In this document: one piece after another, positions 1 through 9,239 of the stretch
Numbering within the stretch: position 1 is the stretch's first letter
How the letters are laid out: every line of letters begins with the position of its first letter
From: Nitrospira sp.
Lineage (GTDB): Bacteria; Nitrospirota; Thermodesulfovibrionia; Thermodesulfovibrionales; SM23-35
NCBI GenBank assembly: GCA_016873615.1
Contig: VGWX01000001.1
Location: 53,734 to 117,733 of the forward strand
DNA: 64,000 nucleotides
Direction: 5' to 3'
Notes under the pieces: generated by a model
Database searches by the model: none
Seen by the model: only the letters and a program-made list of their open reading frames with translations
What the model was told of the DNA's origin: nothing
Translations under genes and position numbers: made by a program

Positions 1-799
1 GGCTGTTGAGTCCTTTGATCTTTTCAACACCATTATCAAATTTCTTAGGGAATTTGATAGTTTCATTTTTATAGATACATTTTGTTATCTTCCCGGAAGG
101 GGTCCTGTCCCAAAAAACAAAGATCTTATCCACATGATCATGAATTGATTTGATGGATTCCAGGATAAAATCTTCACCATAGAATCCCCTGTAAACCGCA
201 TAAATATTATGTTTTTTAAATGTCTCTTTCTTCTCGTATCCCTTTCCCTGAACTGCTTCTACTAAATTATTATATGCATTAGAATACCCCGGTTTCAGCA
301 GAAGAGCCTTCTGAAAATGAGTCATAGCTTCGTCAAGCTGCCCTTTTTCCTGAAAGGCAACCCCAAGATTATTAAATACTTCAGCATATGCCGGGTCGAT
401 CTTTACAGCTTTTTTATAACATTTAATAGCTTTATCAATTTGCAGGTTATCCTGCAAAGCGATTCCCATGTTGTTATATGCTTCAACGTAGTTTGGATTC
501 AGTTTAATAGCTTTTTTATAATTCGTTATAGCCCTGATTCTTTGCCCCTTCTCCTGCAGTACATTTCCCAGATCATAGTATGCATCAGCATCGTTGGGAT
601 TAAGCTTGACTGACTTGCTGATATTCTTTAATGCAAGATCAAGGTCTCCACGTTTATAAAATATTAATCCTGAAAGATGCAGGGCTTCTGCGTTGTCAGG
701 TTGAACTTTTAAAATCTCCCCTGAAATATTTGCTGCTTCCTCAAACTTCCCTGATTGATAATACTCAAAAGCTGACCGAATTAATTCACTGGTTTCCAT
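1..799 (-). CDS. TPR-repeat protein, N-terminal 266 codons only (gene runs off the left edge); region after the TPRs looks glycosyltransferase-like
   Basis: Own minus-strand translation from ATG 799-797 (GAGGG about 9 nt upstream): METSELIRSAFEYYQSGKFEEAANISGEILKVQPDNAEALHLSGLIFYKRGDLDLALKNISKSVKLNPNDADAYYDLGNVLQEKGQ..., i.e. repeated 34-aa TPR units, open to position 1. Absent from the ORF track because it has no stop in the window. Confidence 0.75.
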   Translation of the reverse strand, partial: METSELIRSAFEYYQSGKFEEAANISGEILKVQPDNAEALHLSGLIFYKRGDLDLALKNISKSVKLNPNDADAYYDLGNVLQEKGQRIRAITNYKKAIKLNPNYVEAYNNMGIALQDNLQIDKAIKCYKKAVKIDPAYAEVFNNLGVAFQEKGQLDEAMTHFQKALLLKPGYSNAYNNLVEAVQGKGYEKKETFKKHNIYAVYRGFYGEDFILESIKSIHDHVDKIFVFWDRTPSGKITKCIYKNETIKFPKKFDNGVEKIKGLNS

Positions 800-827
800 A
801 ATTTTAACCCTCAAATATGTTTTAAAT

Positions 828-2174
828 TTAAGTTGAAGGCCTTTTTCCACCGGGGTGACGGCTTGGGTGCATCCCTGTGCCACGGGAAACATTATCTGTT
901 ATCCCGGATTTTCCTCTCTGCGGTGCCTGGCGAGGCGCTTGTCCCTCTCCATGCCTTCTTTTATATGGAGACGGTTTTCCATCTGGCTGTATATCTTTCT
1001 TCCCGGGCTGCGCCGGCCTCCTTCGATAGCCGGTAACAATCATTTCATCAGTCAGGGGCATGACCGGTATTTTCTGTCTGATAAATTCCTCAATATCCGG
1101 GAGGGAATGGACGTATTGCTCACAGGCGAGTCCTATGGCCTTGCCACCGGCCCCGGCCCGGGCAGTTCTGCCGATCCTGTGCACATAGTCCTCCGGGTCC
1201 TGCGGAAGGTCGTAGTTGATCACATGCGTTACTGCTTCGATATGCAGCCCGCGGCTCGCGACGTCCGTTGCCACAAGTATCGGCAATGTACCATTCCTGA
1301 ACCGGGAGAGCACCTTCATACGCTTATCCTGAGGCAGGTCTCCGGTTATGGCAGCAGCTGCGAAACCATTCGCCTTGAGAATAACTTCAAGCCGGTCGGC
1401 TGCAACCCTTGTGTTGCAGAATATGAGATACCGGCCTCCGGGCTCACGTCTGAGGATTCCAAGAAGAACCCCAAATTTTTCGGAATTGCCGACGTGATAA
1501 ATCTCCTGTTCAGTCTTTTCCACTGTAACATTCTCAGGTGTCACTGAAAACTGCTCAGGCATATTCATATGTTCATAGCACAATTCAAGAACGCGGTTCG
1601 AGAGGGTAGCGGAAAAGAGCATGGATTGCCGTCTGTTATAAGGAGACATCCTCCTGAGCAGAAACCTGAGATCGCTGATAAAGCCCATGTCGAACATCCG
1701 GTCAGCCTCGTCTATCACGAGGAACTGGGTATTCCTCAGACTGTATACCTTTTGCTTTAGATAATCAATAAGCCGGCCGGGCGTGCCTATAAGCGCATCA
1801 ACGCCCTCAGCAATCTGTTCCCGCTGCTTCAGATAGTCGATGCCGCCGTATACAGGGAGGATCCTGAATCCGGCAGAACCGCCGAGCAGTTTTGCCTCAG
1901 TGTATATCTGGATTACGAGTTCCCTTGTAGGCGCTATGATAAGCGCCCGTGGTGACGGTCCCCGCCCCGCTGAACGCATTGAGAGCATACGGGAGAATAT
2001 CGCAATCAGGAAGGCAGCTGTCTTTCCTGTGCCTGTTTGGGCCTGGGCTGCAATATCTCTTCCTATCAATGCTCTGGGCAGGGTTAATGCCTGAACCGGC
2101 GTGCACTCTGTAAATCCTGCAGCCTTGATTCCTTCAAGAACCTTTCCGGGAATATTCAGTTCTTCAAATCTCAC
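828..2174 (-). CDS. DEAD-box ATP-dependent RNA helicase
   Basis: 448-aa ORF with AQAQTGTGKT (motif I), PTRELV, VIDEADRM (DEAD), SAT and HRIGRTARAG motifs plus a basic C-terminal tail. GTG start at 2174. Confidence 0.9.
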   Translation of the reverse strand: MRFEELNIPGKVLEGIKAAGFTECTPVQALTLPRALIGRDIAAQAQTGTGKTAAFLIAIFSRMLSMRSAGRGPSPRALIIAPTRELVIQIYTEAKLLGGSAGFRILPVYGGIDYLKQREQIAEGVDALIGTPGRLIDYLKQKVYSLRNTQFLVIDEADRMFDMGFISDLRFLLRRMSPYNRRQSMLFSATLSNRVLELCYEHMNMPEQFSVTPENVTVEKTEQEIYHVGNSEKFGVLLGILRREPGGRYLIFCNTRVAADRLEVILKANGFAAAAITGDLPQDKRMKVLSRFRNGTLPILVATDVASRGLHIEAVTHVINYDLPQDPEDYVHRIGRTARAGAGGKAIGLACEQYVHSLPDIEEFIRQKIPVMPLTDEMIVTGYRRRPAQPGKKDIQPDGKPSPYKRRHGEGQAPRQAPQRGKSGITDNVSRGTGMHPSRHPGGKRPST

Positions 2175-2269
2175 GTCTTATACTATACCTGAATTATAGT
2201 GAATCCTTAAAGCAGCGGAAGCGTATGTTCGTCATTAAAGGATCAATATCTAACTTCTTCAGGCTTATT

Positions 2270-2635
2270 TTATGCAGCGTTTAATTCTTTTCTCATCCAG
2301 TCTCTGAGTTCGCCTTCAAGCGCATATATCCCCTTCACCTTGCATGCCGGCTTTTTAAATGCTTGCGGCAATTCAAATTTTGCAAGATCCTCTGCTTCCT
2401 CAGAACTCATCCTGATGAGATTGATGTAAGAAGGACTGGCCCAGCAATTTATAACAAAATAGACTGAATAATCTTTTTTAGAGCGCACTACATGTCTACG
2501 ATCCCCATGCGCCCAGATATTCCCCCACTCCAAATACATACGCACAGCCATTTCAGGCGTCATTTCCCAGTCAATTTCATTGATAAGCTTTCTCTCTTTT
2601 TTTAATCCCTCGAGACTTGATATCATCTCTCCCAT
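2270..2635 (-). CDS. hypothetical protein (121 aa)
   Basis: Clean ORF between two real genes. No motif I can name. Confidence 0.5.
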   Translation of the reverse strand: MGEMISSLEGLKKERKLINEIDWEMTPEMAVRMYLEWGNIWAHGDRRHVVRSKKDYSVYFVINCWASPSYINLIRMSSEEAEDLAKFELPQAFKKPACKVKGIYALEGELRDWMRKELNAA

Positions 2636-2754
2636 GACAGACTCCTTTCTTAAAGTTTATTTATATAGTATTAATTATTATTATTATATTAAATATAAAT
2701 AAACCCTTTGGAAATGTCAAGGGGTTGTTGTGGAAATTTATAAGGATGGATATC

Positions 2755-3342
2755 TTAACTTAAAATATTTACGCCAAACTTCTTCAGGCTGCCGGCCAAG
2801 GCATGTAAGGGCAGCCCCATGACATTAAAGAAATCACCCTCTATTCTTCTGACCATCAAAGCGCCAAGCCCCTGGATTCCGTAAGCGCCGGCCTTATCCA
2901 AAGGCTCGCCGGATTTGATGTATGCCGCTATCTCATCCCTGCTCAGCCTCTTAAAAAAGACCTTTGACTGTATTGATCTGGACAGCTCTTTATTAGAGGC
3001 TGTGTCGATTATTGTAAATCCTGTGATTACGGAATGGGCTTTTCCGCTCAGGGCCTTCAGCATCTCCCTTGCGTCTTCTTCATTACAGGGCTTGCCGAAA
3101 AGCCTGCCTCTCAATACAACAAGGGTATCAGCCGCTATAACGAGAGCATTCCTGTATTTGCGGGCAACGTGCCTTGCCTTTTCGCGTGAAAGGAACCGGG
3201 CGATCTCATGAGGCCTCATGCCGGGTTCTGTTTTCTCTTCGCAGCCGCTCTTATCGACCTTGAATTTAAGTCCTGTCTTTTCGAGTATCTCCTTCCTCCT
3301 TGGAGAAGCTGATGCAAGTATGATTGTTTTGATATTAAGCAT
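2755..3342 (-). CDS. maf: Maf-family nucleoside triphosphate pyrophosphatase
   Basis: MLNIKTIILASASPRRKEIL... and GAYGIQG motifs. I chose ATG 3342 (ORF-track residue 60) because the longer N-terminus overlaps the upstream gene. With this start the overlap is 8 nt. Confidence 0.85.
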   Translation of the reverse strand: MLNIKTIILASASPRRKEILEKTGLKFKVDKSGCEEKTEPGMRPHEIARFLSREKARHVARKYRNALVIAADTLVVLRGRLFGKPCNEEDAREMLKALSGKAHSVITGFTIIDTASNKELSRSIQSKVFFKRLSRDEIAAYIKSGEPLDKAGAYGIQGLGALMVRRIEGDFFNVMGLPLHALAGSLKKFGVNILS

Positions 3343-4561
3343 ATTGGCCTGCAATAAAGCCCGAAGACCAGGCCCATTGAAGGTTGTATCCGCCGAGTTG
3401 TCCTGCAACATCGATAACCTCTCCTGCAAAATAGAGACCCGGCACCTTCTTTGCTTCCATAGTCCTGGATGACAGTTCATCCGTATCAATTCCGCCGGCT
3501 GTAATCTCTGCCTTTCCATAGCCCTCGGTACCTGCAGGCCTTATCGTCCAGTGGTGAAGCTGATGAGCTATATCCTTAAGCTCCTTTTCTGTATATTGGC
3601 AGAGAGGACGTATTGGGGCATTTAATTCAGACCACCTGTGGCTGAACCTCCTCGGAAGGTATTCTGAGAGAAGGTTGCTCAACTCAGTCCTGCGCCTGCG
3701 CTTCGACATGAAAAGTTCATAAGCATTCCTGTCCGGCATCAAATCGATAGTGATTTTATCCCCTTTATCCCAATATGATGACACCTGAAGAATAGCAGGC
3801 CCGCTCAACCCTCTGTGGGTAAAAAGGACTTCCCCGCGGAACTGCCTTCCTCTGCAGCCAACAATGGCATCAAACGAAGCGCCGCTCAGTTCACTGAACT
3901 TTTCGAGATCCTGCCGGCTGAATACAAGCGGGACCAATGCCGGTTTTAGCTGGGTAACCTTCAGACCAAATCTTTGAGCAGTCCTGAATCCCATGTCCGA
4001 TGCCCCAAGTTCAGGATAAGATAAACCGCCTGTTGCGATAACGAGTGCAGATGCTTCTATTTTGTTTAAATTCGTTGAAACTTTGAAATGGCCGGCCTTT
4101 GTTATACTTCTGACTCTGCAATCTACGCTAATTTCAACCCCTGCTTTGCGGCATTCCTCATAGAGCATCCTGACAACCTCCCCTGAAGTCCCCTGACAAA
4201 ACAGCTGTCCTTTTTCTTTTTCGTAATATTCTATTCCATACCTTTCTGTTAGGCTTATAAAATCATGAGGTGTAAAACGTGCGAGGGCGGATTTGCAGAA
4301 ATGGGGGTTGGCGGATAAATAATTGTCGGGCTGCAGATTTATGTTCGTAAAATTGCAGTGGCCGCCCCCTGAAACCCTTATCTTTCTTGCAATCTTATCC
4401 ATATGCTCAAGGACAATAACCGAGCGGTTCCTTTTGCCTGCCTCTATTGCACACATAAGGCCGGCAGCTCCCGCTCCTATGATCACAACATCCTTTTTAA
4501 TCAGAGTCTTTTTATACCGGGGCAATTCCTTTTCAGCCGCCTTTAATCTGGACATATCCAT
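3335..4561 (-). CDS. HI0933/YhiN (BaiN)-like FAD-dependent oxidoreductase
   Basis: 408 aa with N-terminal dinucleotide-binding motif VVIIGAGAAGLMCA. C-terminal GGYNLQWAWSSG is typical of this family. Confidence 0.8.
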   Translation of the reverse strand: MDMSRLKAAEKELPRYKKTLIKKDVVIIGAGAAGLMCAIEAGKRNRSVIVLEHMDKIARKIRVSGGGHCNFTNINLQPDNYLSANPHFCKSALARFTPHDFISLTERYGIEYYEKEKGQLFCQGTSGEVVRMLYEECRKAGVEISVDCRVRSITKAGHFKVSTNLNKIEASALVIATGGLSYPELGASDMGFRTAQRFGLKVTQLKPALVPLVFSRQDLEKFSELSGASFDAIVGCRGRQFRGEVLFTHRGLSGPAILQVSSYWDKGDKITIDLMPDRNAYELFMSKRRRRTELSNLLSEYLPRRFSHRWSELNAPIRPLCQYTEKELKDIAHQLHHWTIRPAGTEGYGKAEITAGGIDTDELSSRTMEAKKVPGLYFAGEVIDVAGQLGGYNLQWAWSSGFIAGQYA

Positions 4562-4677
4562 ATTATATACCGTTTCCGCCTTTCCCCCATATACATCTGG
4601 TCTGATATAGGCTGACGTTCTGAGGGATGCTGAAATGAGGTATAATGTAAGTGCTCATTATCATTTGGAGATATGCT

Positions 4678-7185
4678 ATGCAAGAAGAAAGTAATATAAC
4701 CCCAACGCCATCAAATGAACAGCGCGAAGAGGTCCGCACCGGGCTGAGCGCGAAAGCGATCAAACAATCTGTGCTTGATAACCTTTACTTCCATCTCGCA
4801 AAGGTCCCGCACACCGCAACCCGGAACGACTGGTATCTGGCGCTTGCGTATACTGTCCGGGACAGGATGATACAACGCTGGATTAGAACACTCAATAACT
4901 TTACAGAAGATATTACAGTAGTCGCATACCTGTCTTCCGAGTTTCTAATGGGGCCACAACTCGGGAACAACCTTTTGAACCTCGGCATCTATGACAAGGT
5001 CTCTGAGGCTCTCAAAGAGTTAGGCCTTAATTTAGAGGAACTGAGCGAACAGGAGAAAGATCCCGGGCTTGGCAACAGCAGCCTTGGAAGGCTGTCAGCC
5101 TGCTATATGGATTCACTCGCAACGCTCGAGATCCCTGCAATAGGATATGGGGTGCGCTATGAATTCGGCGTATTTGATCAGGATATCCGGGACGGCTGGC
5201 AGGTTGAAATGACCGACAAGTGGCTTCGGCCCGGCAACCCCTGGGAGATCCCGCGGCCTGATATCGCCTACAATGTGCTTCTCGGCGGACACACCGAGTC
5301 TTATTATGACAAGCAGGACACTTTCCGGGTGCGATGGATTCCCAAATTCTCTCTCAAAGGGATTGCATATGATACCCCTGTATCCGGATACAGAGTCGGC
5401 ACAACAAACCTGTTGCGGCTCTGGAAATCCGAGGCAGTCGAATCCTTTGATTTTGAGGCCTTCAACACCGGCGATTACTTCGGCGCAGTCAACGAGAAAA
5501 TTGCCTCGGAATCGATCGGCAAGATACTCTATCCTGATGACGAACCATATGCCGGCAAACAGTTGCGGCTTGCACAGCAGTATTTTTTTATCTCCTGCGC
5601 TCTCCAGGATATGATACGCCTCCACCTCCTGCGCTGGAAAAGCATCCATGCCTTCTCTGACTCCTTTGCCGTACAGCTTAATGATACCAATCTCGCAATC
5701 GCGGTTGCTGAACTGATGAGACTCCTGGTGGATGAACATCTCGTAAGCTGGGACAAAGCATGGTACATCACACAGAACACCTTCTCATACACAAACCATA
5801 CCATTTTACCTGAAGCCCTCCAGAAGTGGCCATTGCCGCTCTTCTCAGGCATCCTACCAAGACACCTTGAAATTATTTATGAGATAAACCGGCGCTTTCT
5901 TGAAGAGATATGGTTAAAGTATCCTGATAATAATGATAAACTATCCCGTATTTCCATCATCGATGAGAGTGATCAGAAATATGTCCGTATGTCGCAGCTT
6001 GCAGCTTTAGGAAGCCATGCAGTCAACGGCGTTTCAAAAATCCATTCTGAGTTCCTGAAGAATAACATTCTCTCCGATCTTCACGAACTGTATCCTGAAA
6101 GGTTTCTTAATGTAACAAACGGAGTTGCACCGAGGCGCTGGATTGTACTCAGTAATCCGCGACTCACTGAACTTATTACAAATACGATCGGAGAGCGCTG
6201 GATCACGAAACTGGATGATATAAAACAGCTTGAAGCCTTTGCCAATGATCCGAACCTTATAAAAAAATGGCGCCAGGCAAAGCATGAAAATAAACGTGAT
6301 CTTGCCGGGATCATTCATGACCGGACTGGAATTTCGACTAATCCTGATACGCTCTTTGACATTCATATGAAGCGCCTCCATGAATACAACCGCCATCTTC
6401 TCAACGTTCTTCACATTATCACATTATATAACAGGATCAGGAAAAATCCCCGGACAGATATCACTTCCCGGACATTCATCTTCGGGGGCAAATCTTCTCC
6501 CGGCTATTTCATGGCAAACCTTATTATAAAACTGATCAATTCTGTTGCCGAAGTTGTAAACAGTGATCCTGACGTGGCAGGACGTCTGAAAGTTGTATTT
6601 TTCCCAAACTTTACCGTAAAGAATGGACAAAGGGTTTATCCGGCTGCAGACCTTTCCGAACAGATATCTACGGCAGGAAAAGAGGCATCGGGCACAGGGA
6701 ACATGAAATTCTCTATGAACGGCGCATTGACAATAGGCACTTTAGACGGATCGAACTCAGAAATACGTGAAGAGGTAGGCTCCGAAAACTTCTTCCACTG
6801 TTGTTTGAATGCTGAAGAGATATATCAAATTAAATCTCATGGCTATAATCCAATGACTTACTATAATGCTGATCCTGACCTGAAAGAAGTGATTGACCTT
6901 ATCAGTTCCGGATTCTTTTACACAAAAGACGCAAACCTGTTCAAGCCATTGGTTGACTCGCTGCTTCGCCGCGATGAACATATGGCGCTTGCCGATTATC
7001 AGTCCTATATTCAATGCCAGGATAGAGTGAGTATGATATTCAAAGATCAGAAAAAGTGGACAAAGATGTCGATCCTGACTGTTGCGCGGATGGGAAAGTT
7101 CTCATCAGACCGTTCCATACGTGAATACAACGAAAAAATATGGCATGCCGCACCGCTGAAAATAGACATTGAGAGTACAGAATAA
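4678..7185 (+). CDS. glgP: glycogen/maltodextrin phosphorylase
   Basis: About 835 aa. The PLP-lysine motif EASGTGNMKF is present. Start moved to ATG 4678, which has GGAG (4667-4670) 7 nt upstream; the ORF-track GTG 4651 has no SD. Confidence 0.9.
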   Translation: MQEESNITPTPSNEQREEVRTGLSAKAIKQSVLDNLYFHLAKVPHTATRNDWYLALAYTVRDRMIQRWIRTLNNFTEDITVVAYLSSEFLMGPQLGNNLLNLGIYDKVSEALKELGLNLEELSEQEKDPGLGNSSLGRLSACYMDSLATLEIPAIGYGVRYEFGVFDQDIRDGWQVEMTDKWLRPGNPWEIPRPDIAYNVLLGGHTESYYDKQDTFRVRWIPKFSLKGIAYDTPVSGYRVGTTNLLRLWKSEAVESFDFEAFNTGDYFGAVNEKIASESIGKILYPDDEPYAGKQLRLAQQYFFISCALQDMIRLHLLRWKSIHAFSDSFAVQLNDTNLAIAVAELMRLLVDEHLVSWDKAWYITQNTFSYTNHTILPEALQKWPLPLFSGILPRHLEIIYEINRRFLEEIWLKYPDNNDKLSRISIIDESDQKYVRMSQLAALGSHAVNGVSKIHSEFLKNNILSDLHELYPERFLNVTNGVAPRRWIVLSNPRLTELITNTIGERWITKLDDIKQLEAFANDPNLIKKWRQAKHENKRDLAGIIHDRTGISTNPDTLFDIHMKRLHEYNRHLLNVLHIITLYNRIRKNPRTDITSRTFIFGGKSSPGYFMANLIIKLINSVAEVVNSDPDVAGRLKVVFFPNFTVKNGQRVYPAADLSEQISTAGKEASGTGNMKFSMNGALTIGTLDGSNSEIREEVGSENFFHCCLNAEEIYQIKSHGYNPMTYYNADPDLKEVIDLISSGFFYTKDANLFKPLVDSLLRRDEHMALADYQSYIQCQDRVSMIFKDQKKWTKMSILTVARMGKFSSDRSIREYNEKIWHAAPLKIDIESTE

Positions 7186-7306
7186 GATTTGATTTTTCAG
7201 CCGGATCAGATTATGAAGGCAACAATAGCAATCTAACCTTTCCCCTTGAAACATTGGCAGACTATTATTTAGACTATATTAAGTATTTATTCAAGGAGGT
7301 GATTCA

Positions 7307-7591
7307 ATGAAACTCAGTGAAAATGTAAAGCCAATAAGTTATATCAAATCCCATGCTTCTGAAATCATCCGTGATTTAAGTGAGGAGAATAGCACTGTTG
7401 TCATTACCCTTAATGGAGAAGCAAAGGCAATTCTACAGGATATCCGTGAATACGAAAAAGTACAGGAGAGTCTTGCCATGCTAAAGATACTTGCACATAG
7501 CAGGAAAAGTCTTGAGGCAGGCAATACGAGACCTGCAAAGGATGTATTCCGCGATATCAGGGCAAAAGCAAAGGGAACTCAGCAAAGGTGA
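7307..7591 (+). CDS. type II antitoxin, Phd/YefM family
   Basis: 94 aa. N-terminus (ISYIKSHASEIIRDLSEENSTVVITLNGEAKAILQDIREYE) is typical of Phd/YefM. It overlaps the downstream toxin gene by 4 nt, and GGAGG lies upstream of the ATG. Confidence 0.8.
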   Translation: MKLSENVKPISYIKSHASEIIRDLSEENSTVVITLNGEAKAILQDIREYEKVQESLAMLKILAHSRKSLEAGNTRPAKDVFRDIRAKAKGTQQR

Positions 7592-7911
7592 AATACACTA
7601 TCGAGATCATCATTGATGCTGAGAACGACTTGCGGGAAATATATCGCTATGCAGCCAGGAATGATTCTATTGAAAAAGCGGACCGCCTGATCGACAACAT
7701 TGAGAAAACCATTTTTACGCTCGAAACACTTCCGTTCCGGGGCAATTATCCACCTGAGCTGGAGAGAATCGGCGTCCTGGAATACCGGGAGGTATTTTTC
7801 AAGCCTTATCGGATCATTTATCAGGTCATGAAATCTATTGTTTACATCCACTGTATCCTTGACGGCAGAAAAGATTTGCCCGATCTCCTACAGAGCAGAC
7901 TTTTAAGATAA
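7588..7911 (+). CDS. parE: type II toxin, ParE/RelE family
   Basis: 107 aa with GTG start overlapping the antitoxin stop. The pattern A..DL.EIY.Y...YRIIY...IVYIHCILDGRKD is typical of ParE/RelE. Confidence 0.8.
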   Translation: MKYTIEIIIDAENDLREIYRYAARNDSIEKADRLIDNIEKTIFTLETLPFRGNYPPELERIGVLEYREVFFKPYRIIYQVMKSIVYIHCILDGRKDLPDLLQSRLLR

Positions 7912-8047
7912 TTAACCGGTTAATCTTGTACCAGTACACATAGAAAAGATCATCTTGAGAGATTTCTGCTCCCGGTCTGTTACTTCCTGAAGTCCTACTC
8001 TTTTAATCTGGATATAGTCGTGCAGAGTATAACCAGTAAGAGCTAAT

Positions 8048-8068
8048 TTACTAATGCGGTCATTAGTA
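8048..8068. repeat. 21-nt palindromic element ttactaatGcggtcattagta (copy 1 of 2)
   Basis: Stem tactaatg / cattagta with a 4-nt loop. A second copy with one mismatch is at 24845-24865. Confidence 0.7.
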
Positions 8069-8090
8069 TGGCGACATAGTTTTGTCTGTT

Positions 8091-8296
8091 TGTCATTCTC
8101 CGGCTTGGAAGCTGTGTCGCAATTGCCTGAAAATATACATTTGTCATTCTGAACGAAGTGAAGAATCTCATGAAATTAATGTGTTATAAAACAGAGATTC
8201 TTCGGCTTGGGCCTCAGAATGACATTGTGACACAGTCTCTCGACCGGTGAATCCAGTTCCTTTCTCTGGATTGCCCGATCAAGTCAAGCAATGACG
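8091..8296. repeat. cluster of nested REP/MITE-like inverted repeats (GTCATT... family)
   Basis: Inner arms 8142-8169 (tgtcattctgaacgaagtgaagaatctc) and 8194-8224 (gagattcttcggcttgggcctcagaatgaca). Outer arms 8091-8125 and 8223-8254. A third unit at 8266-8296 is related to 23377-23430 and 9086-9120. Confidence 0.6.
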
Positions 8297-8386
8297 TACT
8301 TATAGCCGTCTTAGTAAATGGTCTATTGGGCTAATCAAAATTCATAAATACTATAAAACATGCCTTGACATTTTAAATTTATATGC

Positions 8387-8415
8387 TTGACTTTTTTTAT
8401 ACACTATAATACACT
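8387..8415 (+). promoter_or_regulatory. candidate sigma70-type promoter of the lexA-like gene with overlapping repeat/palindrome (possible operator)
   Basis: TTGACT (8387-8392), 17 nt spacer, TACACT (8410-8415). The ATG at 8426 follows with no SD, so the transcript looks leaderless or short-leadered. ATACAC is directly repeated (8399-8404, 8409-8414), and ATACA-N3-TGTAT is an imperfect palindrome at 8409-8421. Confidence 0.3.
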
Positions 8416-8425
8416 TTGTATAATT

Positions 8426-9052
8426 ATGAAGGCACAACTAAGTAAAAAACAAGCAGATGCAGTCCGTCATATCCGAAATTGGATTATGCATAAAGGCAAA
8501 ACCCCATCTGTCCGTGAGCTGATGACAGCGCTTGGATATAAATCTCCCAGATCGGCTGCTTTAATTATCGAGGAATTAATCCAGAAAGGTATTTTGAAAA
8601 AACGTTCAAATGGAAATTTGCAGTTAATAAAAGATATTGACGCAGATTCAGTTCATGCCCGCACAGTCGATATTCCCATAGTTGGTATGGTAACCTGTGG
8701 AGTGCCTATCTTGGCTCAGGAAAACATAGAGGGATTTATTCCTGTATCTGATTCCCTTGCAAAGCCCGGTTTTAAATACTTCTTGCTTAGGGCTAAAGGC
8801 GATTCTATGAACAAAGCTGGAATCAATGATGGAGATTTAATACTTGTTCGCCAGCAGTCAGTGGCACAAAATGGCGATATAGTTGTAGCACTGATTGATG
8901 ATGAAGCAACTGTGAAAGAGTTTCAACATAGCAAAAATTGTGTTGTTTTAATGCCTATGTCGAATAATAAAAGTCATAAGCCGATTATCCTGACTGAAAA
9001 TTTTCAGGTTCAAGGGGTAGCTGTAACAACAATTCCAAAATTGGAGGTTTGA
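8426..9052 (+). CDS. lexA: LexA-type repressor (winged-helix N-domain plus S24 autopeptidase)
   Basis: 208 aa from ATG 8426. The N-domain resembles the LexA DNA-binding domain (KTPSVRELMTALGYKSPRSAALIIEELIQKGILKK). The S24 catalytic Ser is in KGDSM and the Lys in ATVKEF. The linker VTCGVPILAQENIEG aligns to the LexA VAAGEP cleavage region. Confidence 0.8.
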   Translation: MKAQLSKKQADAVRHIRNWIMHKGKTPSVRELMTALGYKSPRSAALIIEELIQKGILKKRSNGNLQLIKDIDADSVHARTVDIPIVGMVTCGVPILAQENIEGFIPVSDSLAKPGFKYFLLRAKGDSMNKAGINDGDLILVRQQSVAQNGDIVVALIDDEATVKEFQHSKNCVVLMPMSNNKSHKPIILTENFQVQGVAVTTIPKLEV

Positions 9053-9085
9053 ATATGACAAAGAATGCACATTCACCCTCTTTTC

Positions 9086-9120
9086 TGTCATTCCCGCAAT
9101 CATTAAGCGGGAATCCAGAA
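9086..9120. repeat. REP-like hairpin (tgtcattcccgc...gcgggaatcc), possible terminator of the lexA-like gene
   Basis: 8-bp stem attcccgc (9090-9097) / gcgggaat (9107-9114). It has the same GTCATT... leader as the 8091-8296 and 23377-23430 copies. Confidence 0.5.
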
Positions 9121-9239
9121 GGTGTTGTTATAAAAATGAATTTATTGATCAAAAGGCGGATAAGGGATGGTTGAAAGGGGGAGGAAGGGAAAGTAGCTGA
9201 ATGAGCTAAATAATATTGTGATCTTGTGAGAATAACAAA

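Noticed and set aside
855-1547. 230-aa plus-strand ORF, and several other long ORFs antisense to real genes (e.g. 5113-5739, 20497-20952, 25889-26527, 29360-29851, 49587-50117, 54029-54598, 52424-52780)
   Set aside because: Each lies entirely inside a well-supported gene on the opposite strand (helicase, glgP, ABC-F, DHS-like, leuS, dsrK, dsrN, dsrC). Their products are low-complexity or Cys/Arg/Ser-rich with no motifs. They are shadow ORFs.
7912-8047. Minus-strand reading ALTGYTLHDYIQIKRVGLQEVTDREQKSLKMIFSMCTGTRLTG* as a gene remnant
   Set aside because: It has no start, is only about 45 codons long and resembles nothing I recognise. I cannot distinguish it from chance.
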